Notes: generated by a model from the sequence alone, not told the origin. A stretch of 36,745 nt of DNA from a virus (IMGVR_UViG_2585427964_000003); one strand, 5' to 3'; counted from the first letter of the stretch, positions 27,017-35,339 are shown. Translations and numbers: made by a program.

Positions 27017-27901
27017 TCAGGCGCAAGTTGGCATTGAGACCCCTTTCAGGGTATTAGGAATAATTATTTCAGGAGAAAAAATCATCACTTCCTCTCCAGA
27101 TTTTTTGAGATGTGCTGTATATTGCAATGAATACTCAACTTGCGGAAATCCATTATAAATATCTTTAATTTCCTTAGCGTTATCATAAGAAACAAGCCAA
27201 TTTGGGAAATTAATTTCTGTGAGTTTCTTCATAACCAATACATGGTCATCATGCTCATAAAAATTCCTGTAAAGCCCTTGCCCTTTAATATAGTAAGGAG
27301 GATCCAAATACAAAAGAATTTTATTTTTATCCACCTTTCCCATATTATCCATAAAATTCAAGGCATCAAGAAAATCCAAAGCATCCAGATTAGTTACTAC
27401 TATTCTTTGATTATAATTTGCTATCTTCTCAATTCTTGAAATTAAATCCGCCCTGTTAAAGCGAACATCCATTTTCCATTTTCCATTTTGTGATTTCCCG
27501 CCTATAACCCCCGCCTTGAGAATACCTGAACGATTTGTTCTATTTAAGAAAAACGCAGCAAAGCCAACCTCAAGCTTAGTAAACTCAGAAGGATTCGAAA
27601 TAACATAGCGATGAAAAGACCATTCATCCATATCTATCTTTGCTCGGCTAATAAGTCGGCAAAGCTCATCAGTATCACTAACAACAGATGACCAAAAAGA
27701 ATAAACAGCAAAATCTGCATCATTTATATAGATTTTACGGACATACTCTTCCAATAATAATTCTAAAGCCACCCCTGCACCACCAGCGTAAGGTTCTGCA
27801 TATGCTCCATCATTCAACGAGTTTTTTTCAATAACATCTTTTAAAAAGTAAGATAACTTACCTTTCCCGCCGGGGTATCTTAATGGAGTATAAAATTTCA
27901 T
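27017..27901 (-). CDS. Dam-class (D12 family) N6-adenine DNA methyltransferase
   Basis: 294-aa ORF with GAGGG Shine-Dalgarno; motifs YPGGKGKL near the N-terminus, PYAGGAG (SAM-binding FxGxG-like) and LDPPYY (catalytic DPPY). Strongly AT-rich; lies in the tin/old-equivalent position. Confidence 0.8.
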   Translation of the reverse strand: MKFYTPLRYPGGKGKLSYFLKDVIEKNSLNDGAYAEPYAGGAGVALELLLEEYVRKIYINDADFAVYSFWSSVVSDTDELCRLISRAKIDMDEWSFHRYVISNPSEFTKLEVGFAAFFLNRTNRSGILKAGVIGGKSQNGKWKMDVRFNRADLISRIEKIANYNQRIVVTNLDALDFLDALNFMDNMGKVDKNKILLYLDPPYYIKGQGLYRNFYEHDDHVLVMKKLTEINFPNWLVSYDNAKEIKDIYNGFPQVEYSLQYTAHLKKSGEEVMIFSPEIIIPNTLKGVSMPTCA

Positions 27902-27938
27902 AAATCCCTCTCATTCCTGATTTTGTAGTTTATCAGTT

Positions 27939-27958
27939 TCTGGACATCCATGTCCAGA
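27939..27958. promoter_or_regulatory. Perfect palindrome TCTGGACA-TCCA-TGTCCAGA upstream of the methyltransferase gene (candidate operator)
   Basis: 8-bp perfect inverted repeat with 4-nt spacer in the 69-bp gap between the two cargo genes, 38-57 nt upstream of the methyltransferase ATG. Confidence 0.4.
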
Positions 27959-27970
27959 TGTAGACAAATC

Positions 27971-29476
27971 TCACTCACTCCAAATAAGGCTTAATAACAA
28001 CTCAAAGTTATCCCACTCAGTGTTGACAGCCTCTTTTGAGGGAATTAAGTGTGGGTTATGTACATACTGCTGCAATGAACCATCATGTTTAGTTATTTGG
28101 CTCGAGAAAGTTATTACAGCCGTACATTGACTCCCCGTCATCTTTTTATTTTCCCGAAGGAAATTAGCACACATTTTAACCTTATCATGAAGCCCTGGAG
28201 TTCTATGTGGTTCCTTAAATTGTAACTTGTTTTCTTCAACAAAAGTGCTTACAGAGAGATCTATAAATATTCTCAACAATATTGAGATAGCATTAGGGGT
28301 GTTATCAAATGTCAGATGCGACTTAAGCTCATTAAATATTCTAGAGCATTTCTTATGCCCTCTAAAATTAAATTTCACATAAGATGGCACCAACACATTA
28401 CGATCTACTTTAGGAGGAGTTTTTCCCTTGTTTTTATTCTGTTCCGTGCCCGAAACTTTAGATTTACTCTCTTCTGTGCCTACATGTCTAGAATAATCAT
28501 CTTCCTGTTTATCCACACCTGTATTCTTTAAGGCATCACCTTCTGAAAGACCTACTTTCTTTACACTCACAGATGCATCATTTTTGTCAATAGAATCATG
28601 TTTTTTCTCTGTAAGAAAAGATTTAGGCTCCAGTAAACTCCACGGCTTATCTAAAAGAGATTCTGAAGGTTTTATTTTTTGTTCAATAATAAATGTAACC
28701 CTGTCATCTTGGCTACGAATCCTATTAACAGTAAAACAAGCCTTACCTTTATCATCCTCTTCAATCATTACATCTAAAATATTTTTTAATTGTGCACAAA
28801 AACGTTCATAAGGCTGATATGAGTATAGAACTCCATTAATGCTTTTTAAATTAAAATAATCCCTCACCTTTAAATCACCAAAAAGACGCGTGATGTTTGT
28901 GATTTTTAAAAGTCTTTTTTTAGCAATTATCTCTTTATATAAATCAGTATTGAACTCTATAAATGTAAGTATTTGATTACCAAATGACTGCTTACCCATC
29001 CTAGCCAGATGTCGTGCTTTTTCTGTTGCAGTCCATTCAACTCTTCCAACTCCAGCATTTTGACCAGTATGCTTTAAATTGACCCAATGCTCATATTCAT
29101 CATCGTCAAAAAGAACGCAGTTATCTATAACATTAATATCTTTAAGCTGAGTAATCTTAAGTTTTTCAAAAGCTTTCCGTGCTTTTTCTGTTGGTGCAAG
29201 TCTAGGAGAGTGTAAAAGTTTAAGGGCTGTAACTCGACGATTACCTTCAGCAACGACGAAAAAGCCAGATTCCTCTTCACTAGGATAAACTAATATGTTT
29301 TCAGACGGATCTAAACCTTTCGAAGCAATATCTTTAGCCAAGCGATAAATGCGGTCGTACTGCAAGTCAAGCATCTTGGCAATAGCATCACGCTGATTTT
29401 CTGCTGACGTCGGGAAACGAGGGTTATCAACATCCAAAAGTAACTTATTGATATTCATTGATTTTAGTTGATTCAT
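27971..29476 (-). CDS. ParB/Srx-fold nuclease-domain protein with long C-terminal extension (cargo gene)
   Basis: N-terminal region LLLDVDNPRF ... ILVYPSEEESGFFVVAEGNRRVTALKLL carries the ParB N-terminal domain signature (GxRR). A Lys/Glu/Ser-rich low-complexity linker is followed by a roughly 150-aa C-terminal domain of unrecognised type. Start chosen at ATG 29474-29476 (AGAGGA Shine-Dalgarno 8 nt upstream, 501 aa); the ORF track extends to 29545 (524 aa). AT-rich. Confidence 0.7.
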   Translation of the reverse strand: MNQLKSMNINKLLLDVDNPRFPTSAENQRDAIAKMLDLQYDRIYRLAKDIASKGLDPSENILVYPSEEESGFFVVAEGNRRVTALKLLHSPRLAPTEKARKAFEKLKITQLKDINVIDNCVLFDDDEYEHWVNLKHTGQNAGVGRVEWTATEKARHLARMGKQSFGNQILTFIEFNTDLYKEIIAKKRLLKITNITRLFGDLKVRDYFNLKSINGVLYSYQPYERFCAQLKNILDVMIEEDDKGKACFTVNRIRSQDDRVTFIIEQKIKPSESLLDKPWSLLEPKSFLTEKKHDSIDKNDASVSVKKVGLSEGDALKNTGVDKQEDDYSRHVGTEESKSKVSGTEQNKNKGKTPPKVDRNVLVPSYVKFNFRGHKKCSRIFNELKSHLTFDNTPNAISILLRIFIDLSVSTFVEENKLQFKEPHRTPGLHDKVKMCANFLRENKKMTGSQCTAVITFSSQITKHDGSLQQYVHNPHLIPSKEAVNTEWDNFELLLSLIWSE

Positions 29477-29832
29477 CAACATATCCTCTGTTGAATCTTT
29501 ATGATAAAAATTAATTATTTTTATCATAAATGATAGCGTAAACATAGTCTTATGAACGACATCAGCCCTGAAGCTTCAAAACTATCATTTACGTTTGCGA
29601 GGCACCATCTATCACATTGATTTATAATAAGTATCTTTATCTTCACTGCATTGCTCTCAAAAAATCACATAGATGGAAATTCCCCGTTGACACACTCCCA
29701 AGTGATGCAGATACATTTCAAGTGCTTCATACACATGATAACGGCTATCCCCCTAAATTCTGTGCGTTTCTTTTCCCTCCAGCACAAGGTTGAAATATCT
29801 TGCGTGCAGCTTTACTTTGTGAATCTTTGTCA

Positions 29833-32124
29833 TTATATCCGCGCCATTACTGTTGAGAATCCCGGCCACTCATCAGCGACCGGATACGTGAATTTTTTCC
29901 CGTCATAATTTACGGTCGCGCCACGCGCCAGCACCTCAAGCTCCCATCGTTGCGGCCTGATACCGTTCTGAGCGAGGTCAACGCGGATACGGGTAATTTG
30001 CAATCGTTCCGACCGGGTCAGTCTGGCCGACGGTGCTATTTCATGCGGTTTTAACGGGCTTCCGGCTCTTTGCTGACGATTTGGTGTTCTCAGTCCGTGT
30101 TTTAATGCGCCCCTGAGCGCCCTCACGACCTCCGGGTCATTCCATTCGATAACACCGTCATCAACCAGATTAAGCACTGCTGCGACGTGCTCAGAAGGTG
30201 TGGGAGCCGGTAACGAAGTATCACCACTGGTGAGCTTTCCACAGTTATTGACAGGACTCCGAGGCGCGGCGATGCCGCTTTTTAAAGTCAAAGGCTCAAC
30301 GACCGGAACTTTCAGCACAATGCGCCAGTCCGTCGTTCTGGTGATATGAATATGACGCGCGCCGAGATGCGGCGCGTAAATGCCGACCACTCTCTCGACT
30401 TCTTCCTCATACTCGTTAACGTCATCTGACGGGCTACGGGCGACCCTGACAGTCTGACAATCGCGCGGGACATTTGCCCCACCCTGCGCGCTGATATACA
30501 ACGCAAAATCACCACTGTCTGCGGCGGCGCGTGCAGCCTCGACGCGTTCGTCAAACTCATCAGCAATGCTGACGCCGCGAGGCAATTTGCGTAGCTCACG
30601 GTAAGCCCCCATTGTCGGCAGGCCAACCGTTTTAAATTGCGGGATGCGCCACGTTGACGCCCATGCGGTAACAGCCGCGGCAGTATCTTTAAGCGGCTTA
30701 CCGGTATCGTTATCGAGCTGACCATCCAGTGCATAGCCGTCGATATTTTTTGAAATGTATTTCGCGATATATCCCGCAGCACCGCCCCGGTTAAGGTGTT
30801 TTGCCTGAAAACGGTTTCGCGCAGCGCCTCTTTCGTCACCATCCTCTTTGAGCGCATAGCGACGCATGATTTCGATAATCTGGTTACGCTGGCGTGGATT
30901 ACAAAAAAGCATCATATGCCAGTGCGGCGTTCCGTCGTGGTGTGGCTCGACGACACGCAAACCGTAGACCTGTAAATCATTATCCTTGAATGCCGTGCGC
31001 ATCAGGCTCCAGATACGGCAGAGATAACGCTGCGCATCCTTTGGATTAAATGCCTCATCGTTCCAGCCGTGATTAAGCTGAACGGTTTTACTTTCGCCTT
31101 TTCCGACCTGACGTGTCGGGTGATACTTTGACGGCGCGGTCAGCGTGATAAACATCCCCACATCACCCTCTGCGGCGGCGTAACGCTCAATACCGGCAAT
31201 GGTGTTCATCAGCTCCATCCGGCGAATTTCAGGATTAGAAATACTGCCCATCACCTTACTGATAAGGTCGATGCGCTCGCCGGTTTCCCTGTTTTCAAGG
31301 TCACACGATTTAAGAAATTCCAGATTTGCCTGGCGGCGCGCACGCACATCACGAATGGCATGTTTACTGGCATAAGGAGAACGGTCTTTATTGACCTCCC
31401 CGACAGCTATCAGTAAAGCTTCATGCCAGCGCATACGCTGGCCTTTAAGCTGATGAGTCCACCACTCATCGTTAAACAGGCGGGCAATGGCAGAATATGC
31501 CTGCCTCGTGGTTATCTGTCCTTTACGGTATTTTTTCCAGTAGAGCGGGGAAATATTGAAAGCACGTGCAGCGCCAGCAACATGACCATACAGATGATCC
31601 TGCGCCTCATCCGTAAACAGTGATTCTTTTTCGCCATGCGCATCCACCCAGGCATCGCAGAGTTCCTCATACATCATGAAAAGCTGCGATGAAATACGGG
31701 CGGCAAACTTTTTCAGCTCCTTGTCATTCATCCCCGGCAGACGCGCATAGTGGTCACGCTCAGCCAGAAACAGCAACGACGCGTCGGTGTTCATTTCATG
31801 GCGCTGATTCACGCGCTCAATGCGCGGCCATAAACGACGCTGAAAAGTGGATGTGAGGAAATAAAACCCGTGTACCGGGCTTTTATTGCGCCGGATGTAG
31901 TCATAGCGTGAAGTAAACAGCGAGCGCAAAAAGTAAGGCAGGCGGTTAATCGTGGATAAAACCCCTTGCACCTGACGCATCTCGTCACGTGTAAGGGGTC
32001 TTTCGCGCCCGACGGCCTCGCGTGGCGCGTTCCATGCATAAGCACCGGTAAACGTCTTACCGGTGCCTGCAGCAAATGCTGACGTAGTTACGCAGGTGTA
32101 TTGCTCCTGGAAAGAATGACTCAT
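29833..32124 (-). CDS. A: Replication initiation endonuclease gpA (rolling-circle)
   Basis: 763-aa ORF MSHSFQEQYTCVTTSAFAAGTGKTFTGAYAWNAP...; size and position match P2 A (about 761 aa from memory). Confidence 0.92.
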   Translation of the reverse strand: MSHSFQEQYTCVTTSAFAAGTGKTFTGAYAWNAPREAVGRERPLTRDEMRQVQGVLSTINRLPYFLRSLFTSRYDYIRRNKSPVHGFYFLTSTFQRRLWPRIERVNQRHEMNTDASLLFLAERDHYARLPGMNDKELKKFAARISSQLFMMYEELCDAWVDAHGEKESLFTDEAQDHLYGHVAGAARAFNISPLYWKKYRKGQITTRQAYSAIARLFNDEWWTHQLKGQRMRWHEALLIAVGEVNKDRSPYASKHAIRDVRARRQANLEFLKSCDLENRETGERIDLISKVMGSISNPEIRRMELMNTIAGIERYAAAEGDVGMFITLTAPSKYHPTRQVGKGESKTVQLNHGWNDEAFNPKDAQRYLCRIWSLMRTAFKDNDLQVYGLRVVEPHHDGTPHWHMMLFCNPRQRNQIIEIMRRYALKEDGDERGAARNRFQAKHLNRGGAAGYIAKYISKNIDGYALDGQLDNDTGKPLKDTAAAVTAWASTWRIPQFKTVGLPTMGAYRELRKLPRGVSIADEFDERVEAARAAADSGDFALYISAQGGANVPRDCQTVRVARSPSDDVNEYEEEVERVVGIYAPHLGARHIHITRTTDWRIVLKVPVVEPLTLKSGIAAPRSPVNNCGKLTSGDTSLPAPTPSEHVAAVLNLVDDGVIEWNDPEVVRALRGALKHGLRTPNRQQRAGSPLKPHEIAPSARLTRSERLQITRIRVDLAQNGIRPQRWELEVLARGATVNYDGKKFTYPVADEWPGFSTVMARI

Positions 32125-33128
32125 TCACATACACCGGCATAGACACTACTGCAAACGGCTTTATCATTCGCCGAAGCCAGTAAATCAAACTGAGTACCCC
32201 CACGCGTTGTCATTGTCCAGTCATGGTAGGTTTCTATTCCGTATGCCTCGACTGTTACAATCTCAATACGACGTTCTGCGCGTAGCGGATCATGTGTGGA
32301 TGGGAAAAAAGTGGAATTTCCCCGACGGGAGCACGACGCAACCAGTCGTTCCCATTCAGCAACCCGTTTTATTTCCTCCGGCCACCGGCGAAAAATTTCT
32401 GCCAGTTCAGATTTACGGACATGAATACATGGCATACAACCAACACGGCCACACCCCTGCTGATATAACGGATTTGGCTTAATGTCATGTCTTCTGGCTA
32501 TTGCAAATACATCTTCATGCTTCCAGTGCAAAATCGGGCGATATACATGCAATCCGGGGGTGTTGTCTGCATCCTCTTCCCAGACAGGTAAAGCAGCGCG
32601 TGATGGCGATTCCTGAGCACGCACTCCCTGCCAGCTAATCACTTCCTCAAATTCATTGAGTAAAGGCAATATTACCTGAGAACGCACGGGCTCATGTTTC
32701 AGTTCAAATGTGCAAAATCTGGCTTTGGTTGATGGGAAACGCCCCTTCCACAGACACAAATCAAGAAACGGGATACCCGTTGGTTTGAGAATTTCCAGCG
32801 CACAACTGATGCGCTGGTGCGCTTCTTCTTCCGACATTCCACAATCGTTAACCAACAAATCAGGCCATTTGGTCTGGATAAACTTGCGCTTTGATTCAAT
32901 CCGGCAGGAAAAATCAGCTCTGACTCTTTTAATTGGGCCAAGCCGTTTTTCCAGATAATCCAGATATTTCATTGTCTGTGGATGTTCATGTCCCGTATCA
33001 GCAAAAACCGGCAATATGGGTACATTTTCTTCAATAGCGACAAGCCACTGAGCAAGGCTGTCCTTTCCACCTGAAACAAAAATAACATTGATGGTATTTT
33101 CAGTATGGCAACGAGCATCAGTAATCAT
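32121..33128 (-). CDS. PAPS reductase / DndC-like PP-loop ATP pyrophosphatase family protein
   Basis: 335-aa ORF with N-terminal PP-loop VIFVSGGKDS and a C-terminal cysteine cluster (GCGRVGCMPC). Start overlaps the orf83-like stop and its stop overlaps the A start (ATGA at both junctions). Confidence 0.75.
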   Translation of the reverse strand: MITDARCHTENTINVIFVSGGKDSLAQWLVAIEENVPILPVFADTGHEHPQTMKYLDYLEKRLGPIKRVRADFSCRIESKRKFIQTKWPDLLVNDCGMSEEEAHQRISCALEILKPTGIPFLDLCLWKGRFPSTKARFCTFELKHEPVRSQVILPLLNEFEEVISWQGVRAQESPSRAALPVWEEDADNTPGLHVYRPILHWKHEDVFAIARRHDIKPNPLYQQGCGRVGCMPCIHVRKSELAEIFRRWPEEIKRVAEWERLVASCSRRGNSTFFPSTHDPLRAERRIEIVTVEAYGIETYHDWTMTTRGGTQFDLLASANDKAVCSSVYAGVCE

Positions 33129-33403
33129 TCAGACGCTCCTCTGGAGAACGCCTCTGAACAACGCTTGCTGAGTTGCTCAACCTGCGCGTTTAAATCAGCA
33201 AAAGACTTTGCGCTTCCGGTCAGAATATCGTGATGCATCAGGCCGGAAACGAGCTGGCTTAATTTCGGGTAATAACCAACCACCGCCAGCCATTCCTGAC
33301 CGGCGTTTTTACCGCTTTCCGCTCTCTTTTTCTCGTGGAGAATAAACTGAAAGCTGTCACTGGTAACGACATAACGTTCGCCAATTTCGATACGAATACT
33401 CAT
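33125..33403 (-). CDS. P2 orf83-like early protein
   Basis: 92-aa ORF in the position of P2 orf83; coupled to neighbours by overlapping stop/start. Confidence 0.6.
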   Translation of the reverse strand: MSIRIEIGERYVVTSDSFQFILHEKKRAESGKNAGQEWLAVVGYYPKLSQLVSGLMHHDILTGSAKSFADLNAQVEQLSKRCSEAFSRGASE

Positions 33404-33624
33404 GCCATTCTCCGGTAATGCTTGTTTTTTGCTTCAAAGACTGACTGGCAGGAAACACAACGCGTGGCTGACGGATAAGCTGCACGACGGGCAGCAGGTA
33501 TTGGCGCGTCACACTCTTCGCAAACCAGCGCAGAAGCACCGCAATGTTTTACCCTTGCCGCGTTAATCTGGCGCTCCAGTAATTCAGCCTGTTGTTCCTG
33601 AATAAAATCTACGTTGTCCGGCAT
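33400..33624 (-). CDS. P2 orf82-like TraR/DksA-type zinc-finger protein
   Basis: 74-aa ORF with C4 pattern CGASALVCEEC ... CVSC typical of the TraR/DksA family; position matches P2 orf82. Confidence 0.7.
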   Translation of the reverse strand: MPDNVDFIQEQQAELLERQINAARVKHCGASALVCEECDAPIPAARRAAYPSATRCVSCQSVFEAKNKHYRRMA

Positions 33625-33929
33625 TACCAGCTCCTTTTATCGTTAAGTTTCCTGGACACATCAGCGCAATAACTGACGAGTTCTGTCGTTAATTTTGTCA
33701 GTTCATCCACTGAGGAGATTTGCTTGTGGAATACAGCGCGTTTAACAAGTAAATTGACCACATCAGACAGGAGGTTTAATTCATTCTGATAAATCGCGAT
33801 AACAGATTCAGTTATGTCGCGTTTTTCTTTATCAAGACAAAGTTGAATAAGAGACAAATCGCCATTTTCCATAACAGCGATTTTTAAGGCGTTATTCAGT
33901 AATACAACTGAATGAGAACAGGACATCAA
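33624..33929 (-). CDS. P2 orf81-like early protein
   Basis: 101-aa ORF; start overlaps the upstream stop (ATGA). True start could be an internal Met. Confidence 0.55.
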   Translation of the reverse strand: MMSCSHSVVLLNNALKIAVMENGDLSLIQLCLDKEKRDITESVIAIYQNELNLLSDVVNLLVKRAVFHKQISSVDELTKLTTELVSYCADVSRKLNDKRSW

Positions 33930-34150
33930 AGTACCTCCCCGCGAGACAATCCGATATTGTGAAATTTTTCCGACTCCTGACTGAGCAGCTCGACTATCTC
34001 CACACGGGATAACTCCGCCTTTGTGATGTGGCGAATCATGGCGTCAAGATGAGAAGAAAAACGCGTCGCAGCGTCGGCCTGTGCTTCGGTCCTGGCCTGT
34101 TGCAGCAGTAATGCGTATTTACCGCACTGATTTTCAGAAACTGTATGCAT
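33926..34150 (-). CDS. P2 orf80-like early protein
   Basis: ATG at 34148-34150 (MHTVSENQ...) has a GGAG Shine-Dalgarno 7 nt upstream; the ORF-track start at 34183 lacks one. Confidence 0.55.
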   Translation of the reverse strand: MHTVSENQCGKYALLLQQARTEAQADAATRFSSHLDAMIRHITKAELSRVEIVELLSQESEKFHNIGLSRGEVL

Positions 34151-34213
34151 GACTTTCTCCAGGCAAAAAGAAGCCCCGCACAATTAAGTGCGTTAAAAAC
34201 TCTGGTTAATTAC

Positions 34214-34714
34214 TTAATGCAGATATTGCTCTGGTTTTACCGACGTCAGAATTGTCGGTGCATACTCAAACAGGCTGAATAATTCACGTAATGCACGGAA
34301 TAAAGCATCACGCCAGTAACATGACTCTTCATTAATTCGCCAGTATGGCTGGTTAAATTCTTTTTCTGTCAGTCGTGCGTGCATAAATAAAGTACGACGC
34401 TGACTGACGGTTAAAAAACTAATATATGCATACTCACTTGCGCCAACCTGACGGCGTTTTGAGAATGCCCCACGCAATTCATCAATTGCACATACCAGTC
34501 GTTCACGTTCGACGTCGTTCATTTCTTCAAAACGCATCGTTGCGTGACGCTGTTTTAACTGTGCATGAAAGCAAACCGTTAGCCGTTCGCGCTCCATCAT
34601 CTGATTATAATAATCACATGTCTCCTGCCAGCGAGGGACGGCCAGATGCTTACCAATTATCCGGCGCATAGTTGCTGGCTGTTTTTCAACGAGATTGAGC
34701 GTCATCACTGTCAT
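34214..34714 (-). CDS. B: Replication protein gpB (helicase-loader-like)
   Basis: MTVMTLNLVEKQPATMRRIIGKHLAVPRWQETCDYYNQMMERERL... closely matches my recollection of P2 gpB; 166 aa from the ATG at 34714, which overlaps the upstream stop as ATGA. Confidence 0.9.
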   Translation of the reverse strand: MTVMTLNLVEKQPATMRRIIGKHLAVPRWQETCDYYNQMMERERLTVCFHAQLKQRHATMRFEEMNDVERERLVCAIDELRGAFSKRRQVGASEYAYISFLTVSQRRTLFMHARLTEKEFNQPYWRINEESCYWRDALFRALRELFSLFEYAPTILTSVKPEQYLH

Positions 34715-34947
34715 TTCCATACCCTCCGGCTTTTCAGAAAGGTCAGAGCCTTTTTTAACGGACTCTGTTTTTTGGTGCGGATAATGATTCCCTTGCGTCC
34801 CTTCCCGTGGGTGATGGTGAAGTCAATCGCCCTGGGGCTTTCGTTACGCAGTAACTGAGCAATACAACGAGGCTCGTTCATCCTTTCCACCTTAAGCCGC
34901 ACGGCCATGTCTTGATTTGCTGTAACTAATGCGATTTTTCCAGTCAT
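34711..34947 (-). CDS. P2 orf78-like small basic protein (start uncertain)
   Basis: ORF 34711..35001; the internal start MTGKIALVTANQDMAVRLKVE... would give 78 aa. The stop overlaps the B start. Start not resolved (candidates at 35001, 34968, 34947, 34908). Confidence 0.4.
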   Translation of the reverse strand: MTGKIALVTANQDMAVRLKVERMNEPRCIAQLLRNESPRAIDFTITHGKGRKGIIIRTKKQSPLKKALTFLKSRRVWK

Positions 34948-35263
34948 GCCATTCTGTCGGAGCTTCATCAACCAGTTGGGCTGCGTACTTGTCCCACTCA
35001 CGGCGATTAATCCATAATTCAGCTTTCCCTCTTGGTTTTAATGGGTCTGTCATGTAGAAGGCTGGCAGCTTTCCTGCTTTAGCCATTTCAGCCACCGCGC
35101 GTGGTGTCTTACCGATGTAAAGAGCAAAACCTTCTTTCGACAGCAAATCAGATGGGCGCTCTGAAATCTGAATGCTTTTACGTTTGGCTTCATTTTCGAA
35201 ACTTGCCTCATCGCTAGTTGGACAAGAAATTTCTACATTTGTCGTCACTTTGCTATCCTCCAT
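34892..35263 (-). CDS. cox: Cox-like excisionase / transcriptional regulator with N-terminal extension
   Basis: C-terminal two thirds (FALYIGKTPRAVAEMAKAGKLPAFYMTDPLKPRGKAELWINRREW) fit the pattern recalled from P2 Cox. The 123-aa ORF is about 30-45 aa longer at the N-terminus than P2 Cox (91 aa), so the true start may be downstream or non-ATG. Confidence 0.6.
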   Translation of the reverse strand: MEDSKVTTNVEISCPTSDEASFENEAKRKSIQISERPSDLLSKEGFALYIGKTPRAVAEMAKAGKLPAFYMTDPLKPRGKAELWINRREWDKYAAQLVDEAPTEWHDWKNRISYSKSRHGRAA

Positions 35264-35266
35264 AAG

Positions 35267-35319
35267 ATTTGCGATTCACCAACTGGAGCCATCTAGAGCC
35301 TTTTTGAGTGAATCGCAAA
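35267..35319. promoter_or_regulatory. Perfect 13-bp inverted repeat ATTTGCGATTCAC (27 bp spacer) GTGAATCGCAAAT in the cox-C divergent control region; candidate operator
   Basis: Read directly from the sequence; spans the intergenic region between the divergent cox-like and C genes. Confidence 0.5.
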
Positions 35320-35333
35320 TTGCCAAGTAACAA

Positions 35334-35339
35334 TATAAT
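35334..35339 (+). promoter_or_regulatory. Candidate -10 hexamer TATAAT for the repressor promoter (Pc)
   Basis: Perfect TATAAT 18 nt upstream of the C ATG; no convincing -35 at 17 bp spacing (AATCGC), so weak. Confidence 0.3.

Noticed and set aside
30312-30857. 181-aa alternate-frame ORF inside replication gene A
   Set aside because: Same strand but different frame within the A coding sequence; Arg/Ser-rich translation; no ribosome-binding site.
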